Below are positions 9,980 through 19,309 of a stretch of DNA of 64,000 nt, in pieces. Each line of letters begins with the position of its first letter. The first letter of the stretch is position 1. The notes beneath the pieces are model-generated. The model worked only from the letters and a program-made list of their open reading frames with translations, did no database searches and had not been told where the DNA came from. The translations under genes were made by a program, and so were the position numbers. The stretch comes from Candidatus Iainarchaeum sp. (lineage in GTDB: Archaea; Iainarchaeota; Iainarchaeia; Iainarchaeales; UBA10191). The stretch spans positions 32,001 to 96,000 of the forward strand of contig JAUSFL010000023.1 of NCBI GenBank assembly GCA_030649735.1. The letters run 5' to 3'.

Positions 9980-10365
9980 ATCTTAAAGGAAGGAAAATCT
10001 GCGCTGGAAAAGCCAAAGGCGAGGCAATTGTTTCAAATCAAGGAATTTCATTTTATGGCGGCGTAGACCCTAACACTGGAATTGTTGTTGAAAAAGGCCA
10101 CGAGCTTGAAGGCAAAAGCATTGCAGGAAAAATTCTTGTTTTTCCGCAAGGAAAAGGCAGCACTGTAGGGAGCTACACAATGTACCGCCTGAAAAAGAAT
10201 GGAAAAGCGCCTTTAGCAATTATAAACAAGGAATGCGAAACAATAGTTGCTGTTGGGGCAATAATTTCAGAAATTCCCTGCATTGACAAGATTGACATTT
10301 CCCAAATAAAAACCGGCCAAAATTTAGCGGTTGATGCAGAGAACGGAATTGTGGAAGTGCAATAA
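9976..10365 (+). CDS. Aconitase X small (swivel) subunit, DUF126
   Basis: SFYGGVDP, GKGSTVGSY. Confidence 0.9.
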   Translation: MNLKGRKICAGKAKGEAIVSNQGISFYGGVDPNTGIVVEKGHELEGKSIAGKILVFPQGKGSTVGSYTMYRLKKNGKAPLAIINKECETIVAVGAIISEIPCIDKIDISQIKTGQNLAVDAENGIVEVQ

Positions 10366-11171
10366 TGCCTGTTCCATTGTATATTATGAAGGTTGGCGGT
10401 TCTGTTTGCACTAAAAAGGCAGAGAACAAATTTGAGGCAAATCGCGAATTAATAGCAAAAGTCGCTTCTGAAATAAAGCGCGCGCAAGCAAATAAAGAAT
10501 TCCAATTAATTTTAGTCCATGGCGCAGGGCCCTTTGGGCACACTAATGTGAAAAATTACGGCATTAATGATGGAATAAAGACAGAACAGCATGTTGAAGG
10601 ATTTATCAAAACTCACTTGGCAATGCAGGAATTAAATTCTGTGTTTTTGCAAGAGTTTGAAAACGCAGGCTTGAAGGCGATTGCAATTGACCCGACAGCT
10701 TGCATTGTTCAAAACAACAAGAAAATCTCAAAGTTTGAAACTTTACCTCTAGAACTTCTTTTGAAAATGAACTCTAAAATAATTTCCATAATGTACGGCG
10801 ACATGGTTGTTGACTTGAAAATTGGCGGCAGTGTAGTGAGCGGCGATGCGATAATTTCTTACCTTGCACACCGATTGAAGGCAAGCAAGATTCTGCTTGG
10901 GACTGATGTTGCCGGAGTTTTTGAGGCAGACCCTAAAAAATTTCCCAACGCCAAACGAATTGAAATAATTGACAAGAAAAATTTCAATCAAATAATAAAA
11001 AACGTGACTGGATCTAATGCAATTGACGTTACGGGGGGAATGAAAGAGAAACTCTTGAAATTACGGCAGCAGCTTTCTGGCTGCAATGCACTGATTTTTG
11101 ACATGCGCATTGCCGAAAACACTATCAAAGCGCTTGTCGGAAGCGTTGAAGGAACTAAAATTCTACTTTGA
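10365..11171 (+). CDS. ipk: Isopentenyl phosphate kinase
   Basis: KVGGSVCT, VHGAGPFGH, SGD, DVTGGM. Confidence 0.9.
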   Translation: MPVPLYIMKVGGSVCTKKAENKFEANRELIAKVASEIKRAQANKEFQLILVHGAGPFGHTNVKNYGINDGIKTEQHVEGFIKTHLAMQELNSVFLQEFENAGLKAIAIDPTACIVQNNKKISKFETLPLELLLKMNSKIISIMYGDMVVDLKIGGSVVSGDAIISYLAHRLKASKILLGTDVAGVFEADPKKFPNAKRIEIIDKKNFNQIIKNVTGSNAIDVTGGMKEKLLKLRQQLSGCNALIFDMRIAENTIKALVGSVEGTKILL

Positions 11172-11975
11172 TTTCTTGAATGCTTTTTCAATTTCGGCAA
11201 TTAACTTAGTTATTGGCTGGGAATTCTCGAATATTTGGTCATAAATTTCTGAAAAATCCTTTAATCCTTTAATGCAAATCCAACAGCTTGAATGCATATT
11301 GGATGGAAGAGTAAATCCAAGCATTAATTCTTTTTCTGTTATTGCCATTGAATTAATGCTTCTTAAGGGGGCATATCTCAATTCCATGTTTTCTAATTTG
11401 GAGAGTTTTTTCAGGTTTTCAAATGCTTGCTTGTCCTTTTTTTCTATTATTGTGGATTTTGTCAAATCCCCAGCAATCAAGTATTTGACAAAAATTTCGT
11501 TTTTTTCTATTTTAGCTATCAAAGCATCCAAATATTTGCCCATATCCGGTTCAAAATAACGTTCACTCTCAAAAATAAGCCCCGGAGTTTTCGAGCTAAG
11601 CTTTATGTTTTTTGCTTTGCTTATAATTTTACAAAGATGATTCCAACTTTCCTTTCGATTAAAGAATATTTTTGCATTGACCCAGTCTTTGCATTCTTTT
11701 CCTGACTCGTAATTTTCTAAAACTCTTCTAGTAAAGGCATTTATTTCTTTGAGCCAAATTGGGTTTAAACTATATTCTCTTTCCTTTTTTGTGATTATGC
11801 CGTCATCCAAAAGCACAGTTAAACACTTGTGAATGGCTTGATATGACAGATTTCTTCCAAGATTCCTTTGAACTTTATGGTAAACTTCTTTTGCATTCAA
11901 AGGCCATTCTTCAGAAAGAACCGCAATTATGTTTTTACTAACTGATTCTTTTTGCATCAAGAAACTTAAAACCAT
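11163..11975 (-). CDS. Winged-helix regulator with TrmB/PLD-like C-terminal domain
   Basis: N-terminal wHTH (LNAKEVYHKV...LSYQAIHKCL..L...GII); C-terminal alpha/beta domain; AT-rich. Confidence 0.65.
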   Translation of the reverse strand: MVLSFLMQKESVSKNIIAVLSEEWPLNAKEVYHKVQRNLGRNLSYQAIHKCLTVLLDDGIITKKEREYSLNPIWLKEINAFTRRVLENYESGKECKDWVNAKIFFNRKESWNHLCKIISKAKNIKLSSKTPGLIFESERYFEPDMGKYLDALIAKIEKNEIFVKYLIAGDLTKSTIIEKKDKQAFENLKKLSKLENMELRYAPLRSINSMAITEKELMLGFTLPSNMHSSCWICIKGLKDFSEIYDQIFENSQPITKLIAEIEKAFKKSK

Positions 11976-12078
11976 AAAATACTCAAGGGTAATAAGCTTA
12001 AAATTAGAGAACTCTGATTTAAATACTATAAATTTAGTGGAATATTCAAATTAGGGTTAAAATGCCTTTAAACTAATT

Positions 12079-12154
12079 AACCTTTAAAACCTCTAAAAAG
12101 GTTTTAAAGTTTCAAAAACAAGCCAAATTTTTGAAACCTTTAAAAACTCCTTTT
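12079..12154. promoter_or_regulatory. Direct and inverted AACCTTTAAAAC repeats in a divergent promoter region
   Basis: AACCTTTAAAAC at 12079 and 12135; CTTTAAAACCT/AGGTTTTAAAG inverted pair 12082-12109. Confidence 0.45.
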
Positions 12155-12168
12155 TGGATAGTTTTATC

Positions 12169-13224
12169 ATGGCTTTAAAAAAGAAGGAAATCCAGACTGT
12201 TTCTCGAAAGAGAGAGCACATTGACATTTCGTTAAAGCATGACGTGCAGTTCAAGAAAAAGACCACTGGCTTTGAGGATGTAGAGCTGGAGTACTTGGCT
12301 TTGCCTGAATTGGATTTTAAGGAAATTGACACTTCAACAAAGTTTTTGGGCTTTAATTTTTCATTCCCACTGTTTGCCAGTTCTATCACTGGCGGCCATG
12401 CTGATGTTAAGAAAATCAACGAGGAAATAGCAAAGGCCTGCAGCAATGCAGGAATTGGAATGGCTTTGGGAAGCATTCGAGCAATGCTAGAGGACAAGAA
12501 AGTTGCAGATTCTTACAAAGTCCGAAAGTTTTTGCCTAAAGGATTCTTGGCGGGAAATTTAGGAGTTTCCCAATTGAAGGATTATTCTGCACAGCAGATT
12601 GGAAAAGCGCTTGATGAATTGCAGGCTGACGCGTTGTTCATTCATTTGAACGCTGCCCAAGAGGCATTGCAAAAGGATGGAACTCCAAACTTCAAGAACT
12701 GCATCAAGCAATTATATGATTTTTGCGAGGCTTTTGAAAAGCCGGTTATTTTGAAGGAAGTGGGTAATGGAATTTCCGGAACCACTGCCGAAATGCTAAA
12801 GGACGTTGAGTTTGAGGCTTTGGATGTTGCGGGCGCTGGCGGGACTTCCTGGACTGCAATTGATTCTTTAAGGGGCAATAAGGAAATTGCGGAAACTTTT
12901 TGGGATTTTGGAACCCCGACTGCAGTGAGCTTGATTCAGGCAAGAATGGTTTTTGATTCCACTCCAATAATCGCTTCTGGAGGAATCCGCTCCGGGCTTG
13001 ACGTTGCAAAAGCAATCACTTTAGGCGCTGACTTGGCTGGAACTGCAATGCCTGTACTGCATGCGCAGCACAAGGGTGGAGTGAAGGGAATTGAAGAATT
13101 GTTCTCAAAAATGCAGAAAGAATTCAGGATTGGAATGTTTTTGACTGGCGCAAAAAAGCCCGAGGAATTAAAGGGCAGAAAGTATTACTTGTTTGGAAAA
13201 ACCGCGGAATGGGTCGAGCAATAA
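12169..13224 (+). CDS. fni: Type 2 isopentenyl-diphosphate isomerase
   Basis: RKREH, ITGG, HLNAAQE, KEVGNG, GAGGTSW, ASGGIR. Confidence 0.93.
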   Translation: MALKKKEIQTVSRKREHIDISLKHDVQFKKKTTGFEDVELEYLALPELDFKEIDTSTKFLGFNFSFPLFASSITGGHADVKKINEEIAKACSNAGIGMALGSIRAMLEDKKVADSYKVRKFLPKGFLAGNLGVSQLKDYSAQQIGKALDELQADALFIHLNAAQEALQKDGTPNFKNCIKQLYDFCEAFEKPVILKEVGNGISGTTAEMLKDVEFEALDVAGAGGTSWTAIDSLRGNKEIAETFWDFGTPTAVSLIQARMVFDSTPIIASGGIRSGLDVAKAITLGADLAGTAMPVLHAQHKGGVKGIEELFSKMQKEFRIGMFLTGAKKPEELKGRKYYLFGKTAEWVEQ

Positions 13225-13689
13225 ATGCCTGCCAGAAAGCCGGCAAAGCCTGGAAGAAAAGAATTGATAAAGCAGATTAGAATGTTTGGCAGCGACGGCT
13301 ACACTCCTGCTGGTTTAAGGGCTGAAAGCGCAAGTTTTAGGCAATCTGAGAGTCTTTTCAAGAGAACAGATTATCGCCCAGAGTATGCGGAGAATTCCAG
13401 AAGAGCTGCGATTGCCTCAAGGTTTGCTGCAATGCAAAAGTCAGGGGCTTTGGAACGAATTAAATTAAGGGCTGCTGCCGGAAGAAAAAGCAAGGCTTCA
13501 AGAAAAATGGTAGTTGCAAATATTAAAAGTTTGAGGAAGAAAAGTTATTCTCCGGAAGAATTAAGGGCTGCAAGCAGGCAGCTTAGCGCAAGAGGCCATA
13601 AGGAACTGGCTTTGGCCACTCGTTTTTCAGCAATGGAAAAGTCCGGCTCTTTGAAGAGATTGAAAAAAAACTCTAAAGCAAGGCGCTAA
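13225..13689 (+). CDS. Basic orphan protein with internal duplication (MPARKP...KARR)
   Basis: Abuts fni stop; two copies of Y-x-P-x-x-LRA and A-x-RF-x-AM-x-KSG-x-L-x-R. Confidence 0.7.
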   Translation: MPARKPAKPGRKELIKQIRMFGSDGYTPAGLRAESASFRQSESLFKRTDYRPEYAENSRRAAIASRFAAMQKSGALERIKLRAAAGRKSKASRKMVVANIKSLRKKSYSPEELRAASRQLSARGHKELALATRFSAMEKSGSLKRLKKNSKARR

Positions 13690-13742
13690 TTTCTTCATTT
13701 TTCGCTTTTTTCCAAGGGCTTAAATACCAAAAGGCTTTTATT

Positions 13743-13768
13743 AACTGTAATCAGTAAATAATACAGTT
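13743..13768. promoter_or_regulatory. Inverted repeat AACTGTA-N12-TACAGTT, candidate TrmB operator
   Basis: Directly downstream of TTTTATTAA and upstream of the TrmB gene. Confidence 0.35.
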
Positions 13769-13795
13769 TTGCGTGTTTTTCTAGAGTGATTTTTA

Positions 13796-14557
13796 ATGGC
13801 TGCTGAATCGATTGAATTGCTGGAGCAATTAGGGCTTACAGAATACGAGGCCAAGACTCTTTCCACATTGTTCAGGCTTAAGGAAACAGAGGCTCCGGAA
13901 ATCAGCCGCTTGGCCCAGGTTCCAAAAACAAGGGTTTATGATGTATTGGAGCGCTTGACAAAGCGCGGCCTGGTGATTGAAATTTACGGCAGGCCGAAAA
14001 AATACCGCGTTATGGAGCCGGAAACTGTCTTTGAAGAATTGATTAATGGAAAAAAGGCGGAGATTAAAGGCCTTGAGGAAAAGGCAAGGATTGTCAAAAA
14101 CTTGTTTGGCAATGTGAAGCTTTCTGAAGAAGAGTCCGGGGAAAAAGTCATGAAAGTCAAGGACAAGAATGACTTTTTGCGGATTCTCGCGCAAGAAATT
14201 GATTCCGCAAAAAGCGAGGTTGTGGCTTTCTCAAAGCTTGACGAAAACCAGGCAATCTTGAAGGAAGCATTGCATAATGCCTTGGAAAGGAATGTTAACG
14301 TGAAAATGCTTTCAAAAGTCCCAAAGTCTTTAAGCGCTGAGGCAAAGCTTTTTTCAAAGAATGGAATGTCCTTGAGAGACCATGATCATGGAATGAACGC
14401 TTACATCATTGATGGAAAAAAAGTCATTTTGGCATTGAGCGATTTTTCAAAGGAAAAGCCAGAATACCATTTTACTATCTGGAACAACCACAAGCCAATG
14501 GTCAACACAATCCAGAAATACTTTGACCACTGCTGGGCCCAAGGCAAAGATGTTTGA
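13796..14557 (+). CDS. TrmB-family transcriptional regulator
   Basis: LGLTEYEAK, VPKTRVYDVL, GRPKKY; PLD-like effector domain IIDGKKV. Confidence 0.9.
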   Translation: MAAESIELLEQLGLTEYEAKTLSTLFRLKETEAPEISRLAQVPKTRVYDVLERLTKRGLVIEIYGRPKKYRVMEPETVFEELINGKKAEIKGLEEKARIVKNLFGNVKLSEEESGEKVMKVKDKNDFLRILAQEIDSAKSEVVAFSKLDENQAILKEALHNALERNVNVKMLSKVPKSLSAEAKLFSKNGMSLRDHDHGMNAYIIDGKKVILALSDFSKEKPEYHFTIWNNHKPMVNTIQKYFDHCWAQGKDV

Positions 14558-14559
14558 AA

Positions 14560-14781
14560 ATGCCCGCCAGAAAAACTCCTTTTTTGAAAAGAAAGAACAA
14601 CAAGCGCGTTGTTCTAAGGCATGCTGAATTCTTCCAAACAAGGCTGCGCGAGGACAACTTGTTTTTTGGAAAAATGGTTCTGGACGCGTCAAAGGCTGCA
14701 ACGGGTAAAAAAAAGTCTTCTTTGCGCAGGATTGCGATTGCAAGGCGTTATGCCTCAATGCTGCAAGGGAAAAAGCAGTGA
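14560..14781 (+). CDS. Small basic orphan protein (MPARKTP...)
   Basis: Shares MPARK start and AIAxR[FY]AxM motif with 13225. Confidence 0.55.
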   Translation: MPARKTPFLKRKNNKRVVLRHAEFFQTRLREDNLFFGKMVLDASKAATGKKKSSLRRIAIARRYASMLQGKKQ

Positions 14782-14837
14782 TTAAGTCCGGCAAAGCCGC
14801 AATCTAATTTATTAATTCTCAAGCGCTATTTTTTTGC

Positions 14838-15539
14838 ATGCCTGCAAAAAAGCCAAGGCTTTCCAATACTAGGAATTTTTTGAAGAAAATGCCGCAGCTT
14901 GCATTTCGCGGAACAACGCTAGACCATATTCCTCAAGAAATACATTATGGAAAAAAGCGCGTTGAGGGAATTCCTCACTTTTTCATTACTACTGAAGACT
15001 TGTTTCATGGAAAGACAAGAAACATTGTGCACAGGCTTTACTCCACTGTTGCAGAGTCAATGAACAGCGCGTTCCATTATTCTGGAGCGAAAATTGGGTT
15101 TGAAAACCATTCTTTGACTGTTTCAAAGCCGTCAAAAACTCCAGTCGTTCTTTTGGTAGTCAATCCAAGGAAAGGCAAGGGAGCTCATGTTGAAAGCTGG
15201 AATTTTCCTGAAGAAAGAAGGGCTTTTTCCACAACTAATATTGCCACTGTGAAAAAAGCTAAAGACAACAGAATCCTTAATGTTACTGAAATTCCGCAGT
15301 TTGGAAAGAACGCGAAAGTCTTGCCCATTGAAATTTCAGAAAAAGACTTTGCCGACGCGAATAAAGCTTGGGAAGCTTACAGGCAGAAAAACATTGAATT
15401 GTTCAGCAAAGGCTATGCTGAAGGCCACAGTGCCATCAATTTTGCCTACAATTTTTTGATAAGGCGTGTGACGCAAAAGGCATTGCCTTTAATCAGGCAG
15501 AATGCAATGTTTGGGCGGGCAGTTAGGAAAAAGCCTTAA
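14838..15539 (+). CDS. Orphan protein with basic termini (MPAKKPR...RAVRKKP)
   Basis: 233 aa ORF; TTTATTAA about 25-30 nt upstream of ATG. Confidence 0.7.
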   Translation: MPAKKPRLSNTRNFLKKMPQLAFRGTTLDHIPQEIHYGKKRVEGIPHFFITTEDLFHGKTRNIVHRLYSTVAESMNSAFHYSGAKIGFENHSLTVSKPSKTPVVLLVVNPRKGKGAHVESWNFPEERRAFSTTNIATVKKAKDNRILNVTEIPQFGKNAKVLPIEISEKDFADANKAWEAYRQKNIELFSKGYAEGHSAINFAYNFLIRRVTQKALPLIRQNAMFGRAVRKKP

Positions 15540-15584
15540 ATGCCTTTCACCTTTAATTTAATTGATTGAGTTTTAGTGGTAATT

Positions 15585-17294
15585 ATGGGATTTGAGGATG
15601 TTGCTTACAGGTATGCCATAAAGAATGCCTTTTTGCATGCTGGAAAGGCAGACCTTGCGGCAGTTGTTGGAAAAGTCATTGCGTTAAAAAAAGACCTGGA
15701 TTTTGTCTCTGCAATGCCGCGAATTAAGGAAATTGTCGCGCAAGTGAATGCAATGTCTTTTGAGCAAATCAAGGAAGAGTATGAAAAGTTTTCTGAAACA
15801 GGCTACGAGCTAAAGCCAAAAGACAAGGAAGAAGGCCTTCCACCTTTAGACTGGGCAGAGAAAGGCGAGGAATTGGTTGCAAGAATTGCGCCAAACCCTT
15901 CAAGTGTAATGCACTTGGGGCATGCGAGGCAAGTTATTCCAAACTATTACTATGTTGAAAAATATGGCGGAAAATTCATTTTGCGTTTTGACGACACTGA
16001 CCCTAAAGTGAAAAGGCCAATGCCAATGCAAGAGGCAAAAAAATGCTATCTTGAAGATTTGGAATGGCTTGGAGTGAAGAAAATTTCAACAATATTCTTT
16101 GCATCAGATAGGATTGAAAGATATCACGAGATTATTGGAAAGCTTTTTGAAATGGGAAAAGCATATGTTTGTGACTGCGAGCCTGAAAAATGGCGTGAAC
16201 TAACTAAAAACTCCAAGGCTTGTCCTTGCCGCGAGCTTTCAGTGGAAGACCAGATTGCAAAATGGAAGAAAATGCTTTCCCACGAGTTTAAGGAAGGCCA
16301 AGTTGTTGCAAGAGTTAAGACTGACTTGAATGACAAGGACCCGAGCATTAGGGACTGGTGGCTTGCAAAAATTGTTGACAATCCAGACCACCCAAATCCC
16401 GTAACCAAGGGAGTTCATGTTTGGCCGTCTTATAATTTAGCTTCAGTGGTTGATGACCATGATTTTGGAGTCACTTTAATCATTCGCGGACAAGAGCACG
16501 CGCAAAACGCAACAAAGCAAAAATGGGTTGCTGATTATTTTGGCTGGGTTTACCCGCACACTATCACGACTGGTAGAATAAGGCTTGAAGGCTCTTTAAT
16601 GAGCAAGAGCAAAATCAAGGCGGCAATTGAAGCCGGAGAGCTTTCCGGAGTTGATGATCCAAGGGTTGGAACAATCCAGACTTTGCGCAGGCGTGGGATT
16701 ACTCCAGAGTCTTTGCAGAAAGTAATTTTGAATTTGGGAATTAATCCTAATGATTCAGTAATTAGTGTTGACGCTTTGTATGACGCGAATCGCAAAATCA
16801 TTGATCCAATTTCTGACAGAGTAAGCTTTGTTGAAGATCCAATTCAATTGGACGTGCAGTTTTCTCCAAGGTTTGAGGTTAAAGTTCCAATCCATCCTGA
16901 CTTTCCAGAACGCGGGGAAAAAGTTTTTGCGCTTTCTGAAGGCAGCCAAATTTTCACTGTCTCTAAAAAAGAGCTTGAAAAGCTCAAGGTTGGAGAGACT
17001 TTCCGCTTGAGGAATGCGTACAATGCAAAGCTTGTTGACTTGAAAGACAAGGTGGCTTTTGCGCATTTCACTGGCTTTGAAAAGATCAACAAGATAGTTC
17101 TTGTCTGGCTTTTGCCTGAAGAATTGGTTGATGCTGAAGTGACAATGGATGATGCTGAAAAAGTTGAAGGCGTTGCTGAATCTTTCATTCTGGAAAAGAA
17201 AGCCGGCGACCGCGTGCTTTTGGAAAAGTTTGGCTATTGCATTGTTGACGAATGCTCGAAAAAGCTTGTGAAGCTTTGGTATTCGCACAAATAG
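15585..17294 (+). CDS. gltX: Glutamyl-tRNA synthetase (archaeal)
   Basis: RIAPNPS, HLGH, LRFDDTDP, RGQEH, MSKS. Confidence 0.93.
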   Translation: MGFEDVAYRYAIKNAFLHAGKADLAAVVGKVIALKKDLDFVSAMPRIKEIVAQVNAMSFEQIKEEYEKFSETGYELKPKDKEEGLPPLDWAEKGEELVARIAPNPSSVMHLGHARQVIPNYYYVEKYGGKFILRFDDTDPKVKRPMPMQEAKKCYLEDLEWLGVKKISTIFFASDRIERYHEIIGKLFEMGKAYVCDCEPEKWRELTKNSKACPCRELSVEDQIAKWKKMLSHEFKEGQVVARVKTDLNDKDPSIRDWWLAKIVDNPDHPNPVTKGVHVWPSYNLASVVDDHDFGVTLIIRGQEHAQNATKQKWVADYFGWVYPHTITTGRIRLEGSLMSKSKIKAAIEAGELSGVDDPRVGTIQTLRRRGITPESLQKVILNLGINPNDSVISVDALYDANRKIIDPISDRVSFVEDPIQLDVQFSPRFEVKVPIHPDFPERGEKVFALSEGSQIFTVSKKELEKLKVGETFRLRNAYNAKLVDLKDKVAFAHFTGFEKINKIVLVWLLPEELVDAEVTMDDAEKVEGVAESFILEKKAGDRVLLEKFGYCIVDECSKKLVKLWYSHK

Positions 17295-17340
17295 AGTTAG
17301 GCACTACATGTTTTGAACTCTTGAAAGGAAAACGCTTTCT

Positions 17341-17377
17341 TTTTTAAAGATTCCCTCGCAAGAGTATTGTATTAATT
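17341..17377 (+). promoter_or_regulatory. TATA-box promoter of the L7Ae operon
   Basis: TTTTTAAAGATT-N15-TGTATTAATT, identical layout at 29143-29179. Confidence 0.6.
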
Positions 17378-17386
17378 TAGTTTTAA

Positions 17387-17425
17387 GCCAATGAAAAAAG
17401 CCCTATTTGCGGCTTTAAGAGGTGA
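17387..17425 (+). promoter_or_regulatory. Kink-turn in the L7Ae 5' UTR overlapping the SD
   Basis: GCC-AAU-GA (17387-94) opposite GA-GGU (17419-23); AAAGCC/GGCUUU stem. Confidence 0.6.
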
Positions 17426-17431
17426 TTTAAA

Positions 17432-17794
17432 ATGGCTAATTTTGGTTTTGAAGTCCCGAAAGAATTGCAGGAAAAGCAACTGCAGTTTTTGGAAAAAATC
17501 CACAAGGGCGGGAAAATAAAAGTCGGAGTCAATGAAACAACCAAAATGGTTGAGCGCGGAACAGCAAAATTAGTCATTGTCGCAAAAGACGTTTCGCCTG
17601 CAGAATTGGTAATGCACTTGCCTTTAATCTGCAAGGAAAAGAACATTCCGTGCACTTTTGTCGACACTAAGAAAGAGCTTGGCGAAAGAGCAGGCATTGG
17701 AGTGGGCACTTCAGCAATTGCTGTTGTTGACGAAGGCGAAGCAAAAAAAGACCTTGAAGACATTGTCAAGAAAGTCAAGGAATTGGCAAAGTAG
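17432..17794 (+). CDS. rpl7ae: Ribosomal protein L7Ae
   Basis: GVNETTK, AKDVSP, KELG. Confidence 0.95.
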   Translation: MANFGFEVPKELQEKQLQFLEKIHKGGKIKVGVNETTKMVERGTAKLVIVAKDVSPAELVMHLPLICKEKNIPCTFVDTKKELGERAGIGVGTSAIAVVDEGEAKKDLEDIVKKVKELAK

Positions 17795-17804
17795 GTGAAT
17801 GTTT

Positions 17805-18014
17805 ATGGCAGAGCAGGGAACTCCGGCAGAAATTGTTGAAATTGTAAAAAGAACTGGCGCTAATGGAGAAATCATCCAAGTCCTTTGCAGGATTCTTGAA
17901 GGCGAGGAAAAAGGCCGAATCAAAAGGCGAAACGTTAAGGGAAACTGCAAGGTCGGCGACGTTCTTATTTTGCTAAGCGCTGAAAGAGAAGCCAAGGAAA
18001 TCAGGGCAAGGTAA
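17805..18014 (+). CDS. rps28e: Ribosomal protein S28e
   Basis: RTG..GE, RNVKG, EREA. Confidence 0.93.
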   Translation: MAEQGTPAEIVEIVKRTGANGEIIQVLCRILEGEEKGRIKRRNVKGNCKVGDVLILLSAEREAKEIRAR

Positions 18015-18028
18015 AAGGGTGTGCTTTA

Positions 18029-18238
18029 ATGAACTGTACTTTTTGCGGTAAAGAAATCCTTAAAGGGACTGGAAAAATTTTCGTGACCAAAGAAGGCAAT
18101 GTCAGCTATTTTTGCGCCCAAAAGTGCGAAAAGAATTCCTTAAAGCTGGGAAGGAAAAAGGAAAAAGTCAAGTGGACTGCGGCCTACCAGAAGGAAAAGA
18201 AAGTAAGGCTTATTGCACTGCACAAGAAAGAAAAGTGA
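18029..18238 (+). CDS. rpl24e: Ribosomal protein L24e
   Basis: CTFCG...FCAQKC, KWT. Confidence 0.93.
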   Translation: MNCTFCGKEILKGTGKIFVTKEGNVSYFCAQKCEKNSLKLGRKKEKVKWTAAYQKEKKVRLIALHKKEK

Positions 18239-18246
18239 AATTCTGA

Positions 18247-18738
18247 ATGATTGAAAAAACTCTCGTGCTTTTGAAGCCTGATGCTGTCCAAAGAAGCCTT
18301 GCTGGGGAAATCATTTCACGGTTTGAGAGAGCCGGCTTGAAAATCATTGGAATGAAGCTGGTTCACATTGACAAGGAATTTGCAAGAAAGCATTACACTG
18401 AAGATGTTGCGAAAAGGCGCGGCGAGCAAGTGAGGAACTGGCTTATAGAATATATTACTGAAGGCCCTGTTGTTGCATTGGTTTTGGAAGGCGTTGACGC
18501 AATAGACCATGTGAGGAAATTGACTGGGGTTACAGAGCCTAAAAGCGCTGCTCCTGGAACAATCCGCGGAGATTACGCGCACATGAGCTATGGGCATGCT
18601 GACGAAAAGAAAATTCCCATAAAAAATCTCGTTCATGCCTCGGGAAACAAGGAAGACGCTGAATTTGAAGTTCCATTATGGTTTTCTGAAAGCGAATTGT
18701 TTGATTACAAGACAGTGCATCAGCACTTGACGCAATAA
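18247..18738 (+). CDS. ndk: Nucleoside diphosphate kinase
   Basis: KPDAVQR, PGTIRGD, NLVHAS. Confidence 0.95.
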   Translation: MIEKTLVLLKPDAVQRSLAGEIISRFERAGLKIIGMKLVHIDKEFARKHYTEDVAKRRGEQVRNWLIEYITEGPVVALVLEGVDAIDHVRKLTGVTEPKSAAPGTIRGDYAHMSYGHADEKKIPIKNLVHASGNKEDAEFEVPLWFSESELFDYKTVHQHLTQ

Positions 18739-18759
18739 TTTTTCCCGCGTTTTCTAATT

Positions 18760-19212
18760 TTACTGTTTTTCCCAAGGGTAAACTATCCAAGCGCTGGTTT
18801 CTTCCATGAAGTAGTCTGGCTTGTGCATTGAGCCTGGCTTTTTGTGCAGTACTGCGGTCTTGATTGATTTTGGCTTTTGCCTTTTGAGGATTTTTTTTAT
18901 CAATTCCAGGCTTTCTCCGGAGTCTGCGACTTCATCAATGACTAAAACCCTTTTTCCCGTGCAGAGTTTTTTTGGAATGTCCTGCTGGAAAACAAGTTCT
19001 GCCTTTTGGTGCTTTAAGTCCTTGTAGTGGATGCATTTTACAGCGTACAATTCCTTGTTGTCGAGCTCGTGGGAAATTATCAATGCGGGAAAAAGCCCTC
19101 CGCGAATCACTGCAACCAAAATTTGAGGCCTGAATTTTGAATTAATCACTTTCCAGGCCAATTGCCTTGAGAGCGAGTCAGTCGCTTTCCAGTTGTAAAA
19201 TTGCTTTTCCAT
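18760..19212 (-). CDS. Purine (hypoxanthine/xanthine/guanine) phosphoribosyltransferase
   Basis: IRGGLFPA, VLVIDEVADSGES, WIVYPWE. Confidence 0.85.
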   Translation of the reverse strand: MEKQFYNWKATDSLSRQLAWKVINSKFRPQILVAVIRGGLFPALIISHELDNKELYAVKCIHYKDLKHQKAELVFQQDIPKKLCTGKRVLVIDEVADSGESLELIKKILKRQKPKSIKTAVLHKKPGSMHKPDYFMEETSAWIVYPWEKQ

Positions 19213-19309
19213 AATTACTTAACTTTTCAGGCTTTTTAAATGATTTCCTTTAAGGCGCCTGGAAAAGGCATTGTTTTATTATGGGTTTTTCCCAAATTCA
19301 ATTTAACTT

